Positions 24,515 to 32,373 of a DNA stretch of 37,488 nt are shown piece by piece. Under the pieces are notes generated by a model. The model worked only from the letters and a program-made list of their open reading frames with translations. It was not told the origin of the DNA and ran no database searches. How positions within the stretch are numbered: position 1 is the first letter of the stretch; each line of letters opens with the position of its first letter. The DNA comes from Pseudomonadota bacterium (GTDB lineage Bacteria > Bdellovibrionota_B > Oligoflexia > Oligoflexales > CAIYRB01). The translations under genes and the position numbers were made by a program. The stretch lies in assembly GCA_043750715.1 (NCBI GenBank), contig JAYVBB010000175.1, forward strand, positions 1 through 37,488. Reading direction: 5' to 3'.

Positions 24515-25347
24515 GCACCAAGCGAAGAGGACAAGTTTCGCGACCGCTCGGGCTCTCTCATGAACTTGCGATCGAAGGCCGCGGCCATTGCGCTCATATT
24601 CAGCATCGTCAACCAATCTGCGCAATTGAAATCGCGATCGATCACCGGTTGCGAACATATCTTGGCTCCTGCCTTGAGATAGGTTTTGAACAGCGACGGA
24701 ATCTCGATCGGCTCGTCGTTCTCTTCGGGAATGATCACGGAGTCGAAGCCGTCGATCCGGTACCCTTCCCGCGCTTTGACCGCGTGCGTGAGGTCGACCA
24801 TCCCGCACTGGACAAAGTAGCGGTGGATCCGGGCTATCTCAAGAACGTCCGTCGTATTGATGCTGGAGAGGCCGAAGAGGTAGTCGGCTCCCGATGCCTT
24901 GATGTATTCGGCGATCCCTCTCCAAAGGAGGTTGATCACAATGCCGTTACGGTAGTCGCGGTGAATGCAGGCGCGGCTGAGCTCGACCTTGTGCCCTGGC
25001 ACGTCGAGCAAGCCGCCGATCTCGAACTCGGTGTTCGAGTAGAATTTGCCGCTGGGTCCGGTAGGGATCAACCGGTAGACGCCGGCGATGCGTCCCGCCT
25101 TGCGGTCGAAGATGGCGACGTGATCGGCGATGTCGTCGAACTCGTCCTGGTCACTCTTGAGGCTGATCCATTTCTTCGCGAACTCGTAATGGAAAACTGA
25201 GCGCCGTAGCGCGAGAACCTGCTTGAGCTCCGCCCGATTCGAAATCGTCTTGACGTGATAGTCACGCACCGTGAAATCGACCAGGATCACGTTGGACAGC
25301 ATCATGCACCCCGCTGTAAACGTTGAAGTCACCAAGATCTTCATCAA
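24511..25347 (-). CDS. olsB: OlsB-family GNAT N-acyltransferase (lyso-ornithine-lipid / N-acyl amino acid synthase)
   Basis: RAELKQVLALRRSVFHYEF, AGVYRLIP, ELSRACIHRDYRNG and the C-terminal PSLFKTYLKAGAKICSQPVIDRDFNCADWLTML match the OlsB / hemolysin-like acyltransferase pattern. The start is 25347/25344 or the internal ATGATG near 25305. Confidence 0.8.
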   Translation of the reverse strand: MMKILVTSTFTAGCMMLSNVILVDFTVRDYHVKTISNRAELKQVLALRRSVFHYEFAKKWISLKSDQDEFDDIADHVAIFDRKAGRIAGVYRLIPTGPSGKFYSNTEFEIGGLLDVPGHKVELSRACIHRDYRNGIVINLLWRGIAEYIKASGADYLFGLSSINTTDVLEIARIHRYFVQCGMVDLTHAVKAREGYRIDGFDSVIIPEENDEPIEIPSLFKTYLKAGAKICSQPVIDRDFNCADWLTMLNMSAMAAAFDRKFMREPERSRNLSSSLGA

Positions 25348-25407
25348 ACCTAGATGGGACGATTAAAGGACGCATAAAGCCAAATTAAAATCTTTAAGCA
25401 AAAGACA

Positions 25408-25446
25408 TAAAAAACTGCCGCCGGTCCCCGAAGGGGCCGGCGGCAG
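25408..25446 (-). terminator. rho-independent terminator downstream of the M28 peptidase gene
   Basis: Minus strand reads CTGCCGCCGGCCCC-TTCG-GGGACCGGCGGCAG followed by TTTTTTAT. About 13 bp of GC-rich stem with one bulge. Confidence 0.75.
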
Positions 25447-25478
25447 GATGGACGGGTCGTTCAGGCTCTCATGGAATC

Positions 25479-26762
25479 TTAGTTGAGACCGCCGAAGTGC
25501 ATGATGTACGCAAGTCCCAGCTTCGCGAAACCTGCGGCTTGGTTGAAGGCATTGGCGTTGGTGACGTTGTCTTCGGCCGAGTGGATCTTGTGGTTGTAGC
25601 TCGTCGGATTCTCGAAAGGGAACGAGGTCGCGTAGCCCGCCCGGCGCCAGGAGGCGTGGTCGCTGCTGCCACCGGACAGGTTCGCCTTCGCCCAGGGCAT
25701 GCCGGAGTAGCCGTCTACCAGCTGGCCGAGCATGTCGTTGAACGCCGAGTCCGTGTTGTTGTTCACGAACCAGATCTTGTCGGGGGCCCCGGTGGCCTTC
25801 CAAAGATCCATGTCGTGCTGAACCATGGCAACCACGTTGACGCCCGCGGCTTTGTAGTCGTTGGCGATGTCTTGGCTGCCGACCAGCCCGACTTCTTCCG
25901 CCGCGTAGGCGTGGATTTCGAGGGAGCGCTCGAGGTGGATGTCGTTGGCCATCAGCAGGCGGAAGATCTCGAGGTTGGTCGCGGTCCCGGAGGCGTTGTC
26001 GTCCGAGCCCGGAGCGCGCCCGCTTGAGCCGTTCTGCCAATTGACGCTGTCCAGGTGACTGCCGAGCACGATTACCTCCGATGCCCGCGTCGTACCCTGG
26101 ATCTTCACGACCAGGCTCCGCTGCGGGGTGGCGCTGCCGTGATCATAGGTACTGATCGTCACGTCGGTGCGACCGCCTTTGAGCGCGTCGTACTTTTGCG
26201 CCAGCATCTCGGCGACGCCGAGGCCGGTCGTCGTGTTGTGGAAGCGGGTGTTGATCGCCGACAGCTCGTCGATCGTCCGGGCGATGTTCTGGGCGAGGAC
26301 CTGCTCGGTGACCCGGGTCACGCGCGCGTCCCGTTGCGCTAGCGGAATGATCGGGGTAGGCGTCGCCGCGGTTTCAGCCAACGGTTGGCCGTCGAGCTTC
26401 TCGAGCACGCCGCAGGCGAGGCCCGAGCCGTGTAAGCGGCCGGCGACTTCGTCGATGCGGTCGGCCTTGACGCGCATGATCGCGACGCGATGCGGCTCGA
26501 ACGCGAGGACGTCGCCGAGCGCCGCGACCTGCGCGGGGAGCGAGCTCTCGAGCGACATGTTGAGCACGTAAACTTCCTGGAAGTCTTCGCGTGTTGCGGT
26601 GGCCGTGCGGAGAACTGCGAGGTCGCCGTCGCGGTACAGCACGCGCTCGGCGTTCACAGGAGCGAAAGCGGAAAGGCCTTTGACGACCTCGACGGGGCTG
26701 GCGGCAAATGCCGCGCTTCCCCAAACCGACGCGAGCAAAACGGAAATGATCCCGGTTTTCAT
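25479..26762 (-). CDS. secreted M28-family aminopeptidase
   Basis: Signal peptide MKTGIISVLLASVWGSAAFA. GSHLDS, PGSDDNASGTA, AAEEVGLVGS and SDHASW are the M28 co-catalytic zinc ligand motifs. GGGGGAG RBS. Confidence 0.9.
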   Translation of the reverse strand: MKTGIISVLLASVWGSAAFAASPVEVVKGLSAFAPVNAERVLYRDGDLAVLRTATATREDFQEVYVLNMSLESSLPAQVAALGDVLAFEPHRVAIMRVKADRIDEVAGRLHGSGLACGVLEKLDGQPLAETAATPTPIIPLAQRDARVTRVTEQVLAQNIARTIDELSAINTRFHNTTTGLGVAEMLAQKYDALKGGRTDVTISTYDHGSATPQRSLVVKIQGTTRASEVIVLGSHLDSVNWQNGSSGRAPGSDDNASGTATNLEIFRLLMANDIHLERSLEIHAYAAEEVGLVGSQDIANDYKAAGVNVVAMVQHDMDLWKATGAPDKIWFVNNNTDSAFNDMLGQLVDGYSGMPWAKANLSGGSSDHASWRRAGYATSFPFENPTSYNHKIHSAEDNVTNANAFNQAAGFAKLGLAYIMHFGGLN

Positions 26763-26874
26763 GCACTCCCCCTAAGCGGATTTCTCGTGAAACATGAGGA
26801 AAATTACAGTGATGATAGGCCGACGTTGGCCGGACGGTCAACTCGCGCGGCCTTGGCCTTTCCTCTAATGACGA

Positions 26875-26891
26875 TTTGGCGGAGCGCCAAA
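26875..26891. promoter_or_regulatory. inverted repeat TTTGGCG-GAG-CGCCAAA upstream of collagen-like protein gene
   Basis: Perfect 7-bp arms with a 3-nt spacer, in the 208-nt divergent intergenic region about 80 nt upstream of the ATG at 26971. Confidence 0.25.
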
Positions 26892-26970
26892 CCAGCTCAT
26901 TGTTTTCCCGCACGACATCCTTTATTTAAGCGCCCGAGTTTCGAAATCAGCAATCCATTTGGAGGACATC

Positions 26971-27591
26971 ATGAAGAAGTTCGTTCCTTATGCTCTCGCC
27001 GCTGCCGCCGTCACGATGATCGCCGCATCCGCTCAGGCCGACCACCGCGGTCGTGACAGCGATGCCGTCTCCGCATCCCAGCAGGTCGAACAGGACGCTT
27101 ACGCCCTGGTCCAGATCCTTGCCCGCGGCGGCCCCGCCAACACCCAACTCATCCAAAATGGCGGCATGGTCGCCAAGGAAGCGCAGGACCTCACCAACTC
27201 GCTTACGGGTCACGGCATTTCCAATGCCGAGCAGGAATTTCGGGAAGTTTTGCGCGCCTTCGACATCCTCAGTGACAACTTCCGCTGGCAAGGGCGTCAA
27301 AGCGGCATGGCGCAAAACGCTTTCTATCGCCTCGACTCCAGCGTTCAGGACCTGGAATATGCGTTCGGAGGCGGCGGTCGGGACGGTCGGGACGGTCGCG
27401 ATGGCCAGGACGGTCGGGATGGCCGCGACGGACGTGACGGCCAAGACGGACGCGACGGCCAAGACGGACAGGATGACGGCAGTGACTGGGGCCAGGACCC
27501 AGGCAACGACGGCGGCGGCGACGACTGGGGCCAGAGCGACGACGGTCAGGACGGCGGCCAGGACGACGGCGACCGGGGCGTTCGTCACTGA
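26971..27591 (+). CDS. secreted acidic protein with collagen-like Gly-X-Asp repeat tract
   Basis: ATG at 26971 lies 4 nt after GGAGGA. Signal peptide MKKFVPYALAAAAVTMIAASAQA. A ~110-aa helical domain, then GGGG(GRD)3GQD(GRD)3GQDGRDGQDGQD and a D/G/W-rich tail. Confidence 0.75.
   Translation: MKKFVPYALAAAAVTMIAASAQADHRGRDSDAVSASQQVEQDAYALVQILARGGPANTQLIQNGGMVAKEAQDLTNSLTGHGISNAEQEFREVLRAFDILSDNFRWQGRQSGMAQNAFYRLDSSVQDLEYAFGGGGRDGRDGRDGQDGRDGRDGRDGQDGRDGQDGQDDGSDWGQDPGNDGGGDDWGQSDDGQDGGQDDGDRGVRH
27376..27474 (+). repeat. imperfect 9-nt tandem repeat (11 units) encoding G-R/Q-D triplets
   Basis: ggt cgg gac / ggt cgg gac / ggt cgc gat / ggc cag gac ... The units differ mainly at synonymous positions. 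Confidence 0.9.
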
Positions 27592-27611
27592 GTCAGCAAT
27601 GGTGTTAAAGT

Positions 27612-27630
27612 GAGGGCGTGAAGCGCCCTC
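27612..27630 (+). promoter_or_regulatory. GC-rich hairpin enclosing the RBS and GTG start of the GT8-like gene (terminator/attenuator-like)
   Basis: GAGGGCG-tgaag-CGCCCTC is a perfect 7-bp stem followed by TTCCCATTT. The left arm contains the GAGGG Shine-Dalgarno-like sequence, and the GTG at 27618 straddles the stem/loop junction. Confidence 0.35.
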
Positions 27631-28610
27631 TTCCCATTTCGACAGTGTACGTCGCGTGTTACTACCGGGACTATTGGATGGCCCGGGCGTGCGTAGCCAG
27701 CGTCCGCTACTTCTATCCTGACATCGAGATCCTGCTGATCAAGGATACGGCTGCCGGCGACTTTTGCACGCGCGAGCTGGAAGAGGCCTGGTCGGTCAAA
27801 TGCCTGGAAACGACGCGGCGGGCGTTCGGATGGGGCTTCGTCCATCTCGAGACGCTTTTCGTGCCCCGGCCGGGTCGCTACCTTTGCCTCGACTGCGATA
27901 TCGTGCTGCTCGGGCCGGTTCTGGACGAGCTGGAGAAAGATCCCGCCGATTTCATCGTGGCATTGGACCAAGACGGACCCGCGACCCTGGAGGCGGCGAA
28001 CGACCGGATTTCCTGGATGCACGGGAACTATTACCACCCCGAGCGCCTGCCCCAGTACGATCCGGACTACGTTTACCCGGGATTTCTCTTCAACGCCGGA
28101 CAGTTCGTGGGAACGCCCTCGCTTTTCGACCGGGATGACCTGTCGCCCCTAATCGAATGGACGGAGCCGCCGCGCGTGCGCGACTTGCATACGTTCGGCC
28201 GCGGCGACCAGGGTCCTTTCAACTACTTCCTGACGAAGCAAGCCGCCCTGGGGCGCATCCAGCTCAGCGTCCGACCTTACATGCATTGGCCCGGGTGGCC
28301 AGGGACGGCGGACTTCTCGGTGCCCAAGATCGCCGCCAAAACGGAAACGCCCAAGATCCTGCACTGGGCCGGCCGGGGAACCAACGAAGCCGGACGCCTG
28401 GCGCGCGCCGACATCTTTCGCTTCTTCGAAACCCACTACTACACCAGGATCGCCGACGGCCGCCGCAAGCGGATTCAGCGGAACGTCGGCCAGATCCTCG
28501 GCGAGCGCCTCGCCGGAGCGGCCAGAGGCGTCAAGCGCTTCGCGCCGCAGTCAGTAAGAAACCGGTTGAAAAAGAGCGTCTATCGCTGGGTAGCCCGCCT
28601 CACGAGTTGA
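27618..28610 (+). CDS. GT-A fold glycosyltransferase, family 8-like
   Basis: STVYVACYY (beta1), LDCDIV (DxD), FNAGQFV, GDQGPFNYFL and ILHWAG resemble the GT8 motif order (DxD ... FNAG ... DQD.LN ... HY.G). Confidence 0.65.
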   Translation: MKRPLPISTVYVACYYRDYWMARACVASVRYFYPDIEILLIKDTAAGDFCTRELEEAWSVKCLETTRRAFGWGFVHLETLFVPRPGRYLCLDCDIVLLGPVLDELEKDPADFIVALDQDGPATLEAANDRISWMHGNYYHPERLPQYDPDYVYPGFLFNAGQFVGTPSLFDRDDLSPLIEWTEPPRVRDLHTFGRGDQGPFNYFLTKQAALGRIQLSVRPYMHWPGWPGTADFSVPKIAAKTETPKILHWAGRGTNEAGRLARADIFRFFETHYYTRIADGRRKRIQRNVGQILGERLAGAARGVKRFAPQSVRNRLKKSVYRWVARLTS

Positions 28611-28616
28611 GGCGAC

Positions 28617-28988
28617 TCAGCCGGCCTCGCTACGCCGGCGTCGCCGAGCCTCGAGATGGCTGCCCAAGGCATCCAAGGTGTCTCCCCAGTCGCCTCGGAA
28701 CGCCACCGCGCGGTCGTCCACGTAGGCGTCGGCGATCAGCTTGTCTCCCGCGTAAATCTCGTCGAAAGGAATGCCGAAACTCACGAGCGTGCCTTCAATC
28801 CAGCGGATCTCCTCGGCGAGGTCGCCGATTTCACTGGCAACGGTCGTCCGGCACGTGTGAATCAAGAGGCGATGGCCGAGACGCCGCAGCTCCAGCATGG
28901 CCTCGCGGGCGCCTTCGACCATCCGGACTTCCCCGTCCGCGGTTTCCTCGAAAAGCGTGTTGTCGAAGTCGATTGCGAGGACAGCCAC
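28617..28988 (-). CDS. 123-aa capless HAD-superfamily phosphatase ('mini-HAD'), locus B
   Basis: GTG at 28988 (MAVLAIDFDNTL). Motifs IHTCRT and KLIADAYVDDRAVAFRGDW. Roughly 55-60% identical by eye to the 16507..16857 product. The start lies 1 nt after the upstream SLBB gene stop. Confidence 0.8.
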   Translation of the reverse strand: MAVLAIDFDNTLFEETADGEVRMVEGAREAMLELRRLGHRLLIHTCRTTVASEIGDLAEEIRWIEGTLVSFGIPFDEIYAGDKLIADAYVDDRAVAFRGDWGDTLDALGSHLEARRRRRSEAG

Positions 28989-28989
28989 G

Positions 28990-29472
28990 CTATTGCCGTT
29001 TCGAGACGAAGTAAAGCGTAAGGACGGAAACCGCGGACGACACCGCGGCAAAAATCAGCGGCAGGTCCGACTTGAAAGTGCGTTCGACGTAAATCATGTC
29101 CCGATCTTTCACGGTGAAGGACTCGGCATTGTGAAACAGGTCCAGGTACTGCTCTTTGCTGTCCCGAACCAGGCGAATGTTCGGCATGTTGGCCAGTCCG
29201 GTCGGACCGCCCGCCGATCCCAGCGCATCGGTCAGCTTCGAGCCGACCGGAATGAAGTGAACTCCCGGCTGGAAGACCTCACCCCAGATGTTGACGCTGA
29301 CCAGGACTTTCGCGCCGGGCTTGGTCGTGAAGAATTCGGAGCCCGACCGCTTGGGCAACTCGTCCGGCTGAACGTACGGCTCGGCAACCAGCCGCGAGCT
29401 CCAAAATGACAAGATCAGGATACCGGCGAGAAAGCGGTATTTTTTGAGACGAACGGGGCATCTGGTGGTCAT
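28990..29472 (-). CDS. SLBB-domain 'mini-OPX' paralogue, locus B
   Basis: Signal peptide ends LVA-EP. SLBB segment VSVNIWGEVFQPGVHFIPVGSKLTDALGSAGGPTG...IRLVRD, then VKDRDMIYV. C-terminal helix LPLIFAAVSSAVSVLTLYFVSKRQ. Confidence 0.8.
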   Translation of the reverse strand: MTTRCPVRLKKYRFLAGILILSFWSSRLVAEPYVQPDELPKRSGSEFFTTKPGAKVLVSVNIWGEVFQPGVHFIPVGSKLTDALGSAGGPTGLANMPNIRLVRDSKEQYLDLFHNAESFTVKDRDMIYVERTFKSDLPLIFAAVSSAVSVLTLYFVSKRQ

Positions 29473-29588
29473 GATGCCATTTTCCCACGAAAGTCCCGCC
29501 CGTGTCTCTCGGCACGAATTGCCGACTCCTCACGCCGACCCCGGGAATGCTATGCTTGCATGACTCCCGACGATTCACGGGGTAAAGT

Positions 29589-30485
29589 TTGCCGCTCGTC
29601 TCAGTCGTCATTCCGACTCACAACCGCCTGGACTTGTTGCAACGAGCCATTGCGTCCGTCCGTGCTCAGACCTGTCACGACCTCGAGATCCTCGTAGTGG
29701 ACGACGCGTCGACGGACGACACGCCGAAAGCAATGGCCGGCGCCGCGGACGCCCAGCTCCGCTTTTTCCGGTTCCCGGAGAACCGCGGCCCCGCGGCATG
29801 CCGCAACCTCGGACTGCGGGAGGCGCGCGGGCGCTTCGTCGCGTTCCTTGACGACGATGACGTTTGGCTGCCGGCCAAGCTCGCCCGCCAGATCGCCGCG
29901 GTCTCTCCCTACGAGGACGCGGGACCGGCATTTTGCTTCACGGGAGTCTTGCATCAAGAGGGCCCGGACCAGTACGAGCCGGCGCAGCCGCTGCTGACTG
30001 CCGGACGACCGTTGGGCGATTTCATTTTCGTGGACGGCGGCGCTCTGACGATCTCGGCCGTTCTGGTCGACCGCGACCTGGCCGCAAACTTCGGATTCGA
30101 CGAAACCCTGCGTCAACATGAAGATTGGCTTTTCTATCTGCGGTTGGAAGCAGCGGGCGCCCGCGTCGTGCAGGTTCGCGCTCCGCTTACCGTCATTCGC
30201 GTGGATCCGCTCAGGAACAGCCTCTCGCACCGGTTCGACGTCGCCGAAATCCGAGCCTGGCTGACTGCCGTCGGACCATTTCTGTCTGATGCCGCCGCGG
30301 CGGCGTATCGCGCCAAGATCTACGCCAAGCGCCTGCTGCGCTACGGCCACGTTCTCGAAGGCCTGACTTATCTGGCGGCGGGCCGGCGGCAAGGCCTCAT
30401 TTCGACGCGGCGAATTCTTTCGACGCTCGTCTTCGCGGTGGCGCCGCCGCTGCACAGGGCACTCACCAGGCGCCGGTCCCCTTGA
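29589..30485 (+). CDS. GT-A glycosyltransferase, family 2
   Basis: TTG start. VSVVIPTHNRLDLLQRAIASVRAQT, ILVVDDASTDDT, NRGPAACRN and FLDDDDVW are the classic GT2 motifs. Confidence 0.9.
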   Translation: MPLVSVVIPTHNRLDLLQRAIASVRAQTCHDLEILVVDDASTDDTPKAMAGAADAQLRFFRFPENRGPAACRNLGLREARGRFVAFLDDDDVWLPAKLARQIAAVSPYEDAGPAFCFTGVLHQEGPDQYEPAQPLLTAGRPLGDFIFVDGGALTISAVLVDRDLAANFGFDETLRQHEDWLFYLRLEAAGARVVQVRAPLTVIRVDPLRNSLSHRFDVAEIRAWLTAVGPFLSDAAAAAYRAKIYAKRLLRYGHVLEGLTYLAAGRRQGLISTRRILSTLVFAVAPPLHRALTRRRSP

Positions 30486-31305
30486 AGATCGTGGGAATGG
30501 TCTTCAAGATCAAGACCGCATCCACCTTCCAGCAACGGGTCTTCGCGTATTCCGCATCGAGAGATATCTTGTGCAAGCCATTTAGCGAATCGCGCGCGGT
30601 CGCTTGCCAGAATCCGGTGAGACCAGGCATCGCCGCGAATCGAATCATGTGTTTTTCGGGGATGACGCAGGAGTCTTCCGCGGAAAGCGGTCTCGGGCCG
30701 ACGATCGACATGTCGCCCTTGACGATGTTGAAGAGCTGAGGCAGCTCGTCGATGCTCCAGCGCCGCAAATGACGTCCGACTTTAGTGATGCGCACGTCGG
30801 CTCTCGCTTTGAGCATGCCCCCTTGCATCTCGTTGACGCTCAAAAGATAAGCGCGCTTGGTGCCGGTGACCATCGTGCGGAACTTGTAAATTCTGAAAGG
30901 GCGGCCATACTGCCCCGTCCGAATCTGCGAGTAGAACGGACTGCCGCTCGTAGTGACGACGATCAATAAAGAAACCAAGACGAAAAGCGGCAGCAACAGG
31001 ATGACCGTCGCGGTAGCGACGACCCGGTCGAACAAGGATTTGCTCAGCAGGTAAAAGAACTTCGTTTCGTTAGAAAGCTTCCACTCGTAGAAATAGTCCA
31101 TGGCGACTATCAGCTCCGGACGGGCGACGCCCCGGGTCAGATAAGTCTTAGCGATCTCATGCCAATCGCGGGGCTCGGTTCCTGGTTGGGAAATACGAAG
31201 CGGAGGCAACGGACCTTCCGTCCCCTGCTGCGTCTGTGGCGATTTCGAGGCCGTAGAAATGGGTATCCTCGCTTGGTGAAGTATTTGTCGGCAAGTTGGC
31301 GCCAC
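30463..31305 (-). CDS. undecaprenyl-phosphate sugar-phosphate transferase (small PGT), locus B paralogue
   Basis: GSPFYSQIRTG, YKFRTM, DVRITKVGRHLRRWSIDELPQLFNIVKGDMSIVGPRP and GLTGFWQ. The start is ATG 31305 or ATG 31101 (MDYFYEWK). The 3' end overlaps the convergent GT2 gene by 23 nt. Confidence 0.88.
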   Translation of the reverse strand: MAPTCRQILHQARIPISTASKSPQTQQGTEGPLPPLRISQPGTEPRDWHEIAKTYLTRGVARPELIVAMDYFYEWKLSNETKFFYLLSKSLFDRVVATATVILLLPLFVLVSLLIVVTTSGSPFYSQIRTGQYGRPFRIYKFRTMVTGTKRAYLLSVNEMQGGMLKARADVRITKVGRHLRRWSIDELPQLFNIVKGDMSIVGPRPLSAEDSCVIPEKHMIRFAAMPGLTGFWQATARDSLNGLHKISLDAEYAKTRCWKVDAVLILKTIPTIFKGTGAW

Positions 31306-31356
31306 TACTTAGATGGGCTGGGAAATTCCGCCGGACTTAGCCAAAGAAGAGTGGAA

Positions 31357-32373
31357 TCACCCGGGAGACCCAGGACTTTGGCGAAGTGATTTGTAATAAA
31401 TGCTTTCGATCCCTTGGGCGACCTGATCGAGCGCCGCAGCGCCCAACCTCCTGGATCCATTCGACCAGCGAGGCAATTTTAGAAAATTCACCAACGCGGC
31501 ACCCAGTTCCGGAACGCCGCCTTCTACAACGACGGAATGCTCGACTCCCTGCAAACGCTCCCTGACATCGCCGACGGGCACCGTCACGACGGGCAGGTCG
31601 CAGGCCATGGCTTCTTGCACGACCGTGGGCGAGCCTTCCGATAGGCTGGTCACCAGAAGGCAGTCGGCCGCGGCCATCGCCAAAGGCATTCGTTCCGGAT
31701 CGAGGTCGCCCCGCAGGACGACGAACTCGAGCGCCGGCACTTGGCGTCGTGCCCAGGCGACGACGGCCTCGGCCAGCGGCAAATTCTTGATCTTCGGGTT
31801 GGATCCCGCGTTAAAGAGTACGGTCGGACGGTCCAGGGGCCAGCCGAGGGCCAGCCTCGCTGCTTTTCGATCGGAAGGGTGGAACGCCGCGGTGTCGACC
31901 CCGCTCGGCAGGACTTCAAGGCATTTCGGCCGAAAGACGAGCTTCGATGCGATCTCGCGGCTGACGCAAACGACAGCGCTCGCCTGGAGCGACGCGAGAT
32001 GGGAAGCCATCAGGCCCAGGGAGGATCTGAGGCGCGAATACTGAGGATTGACGTTGATGTCGCTTCCCCGAAAGGTGATTACCAACGGGACCCTCCCGAC
32101 GGCGATCGCAGCCAGCAACGCGTTGAACTTGCCGAACTGCGCATGCACCAAGTCGGGTTTTTCCGCGGCTATCATGGCCCGCAGGCGTCTCCATTCCCGC
32201 CAAAGCGCCCGCGGCCTATATTCCAGCGAAAACCCGAAAAGAGCGACGTGATGGCCCCTTCTGCGGAGAGCCGACGCCTCGCGATGACTGAACACCATCA
32301 AGCCCGGGCGAAGCATGCCGGGCATGACGAACAGGACTCTGAGGGAGCGCTCACGCACTTTCATTTGCGACAC
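31357..32373 (-). CDS. GT-B glycosyltransferase, family 4
   Basis: LRVLFVMPG N-terminus and SLSEGSPTVVQEAMACDLPVVTVPVGDV C-terminal GT4 motif. The start is 32373 or 32364 and overlaps the upstream gene end. Confidence 0.85.
   Translation of the reverse strand: MSQMKVRERSLRVLFVMPGMLRPGLMVFSHREASALRRRGHHVALFGFSLEYRPRALWREWRRLRAMIAAEKPDLVHAQFGKFNALLAAIAVGRVPLVITFRGSDINVNPQYSRLRSSLGLMASHLASLQASAVVCVSREIASKLVFRPKCLEVLPSGVDTAAFHPSDRKAARLALGWPLDRPTVLFNAGSNPKIKNLPLAEAVVAWARRQVPALEFVVLRGDLDPERMPLAMAAADCLLVTSLSEGSPTVVQEAMACDLPVVTVPVGDVRERLQGVEHSVVVEGGVPELGAALVNFLKLPRWSNGSRRLGAAALDQVAQGIESIYYKSLRQSPGSPG

Noticed and set aside
27376-27474. Possible CRISPR or phase-variable simple-sequence repeat
   Set aside because: The period is only 9 nt with no spacers, it lies in frame inside a coding gene, and the units differ at synonymous sites. 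This is a protein-level Gly-X-Y repeat, not a CRISPR array or slippage tract.
26947-27588. 213-aa minus-strand ORF with AVV/VAA repeats
   Set aside because: It is the mirror image of the Gly-X-Asp repeat gene. The plus-strand gene has a strong RBS and a signal peptide, and the antisense product has no start context.
28157-29014. 285-aa plus-strand Arg/Pro-rich ORF crossing the GT8-like, HAD and SLBB genes
   Set aside because: It is an out-of-frame or antisense artefact: it spans a convergent gene junction and has about 25% Arg.
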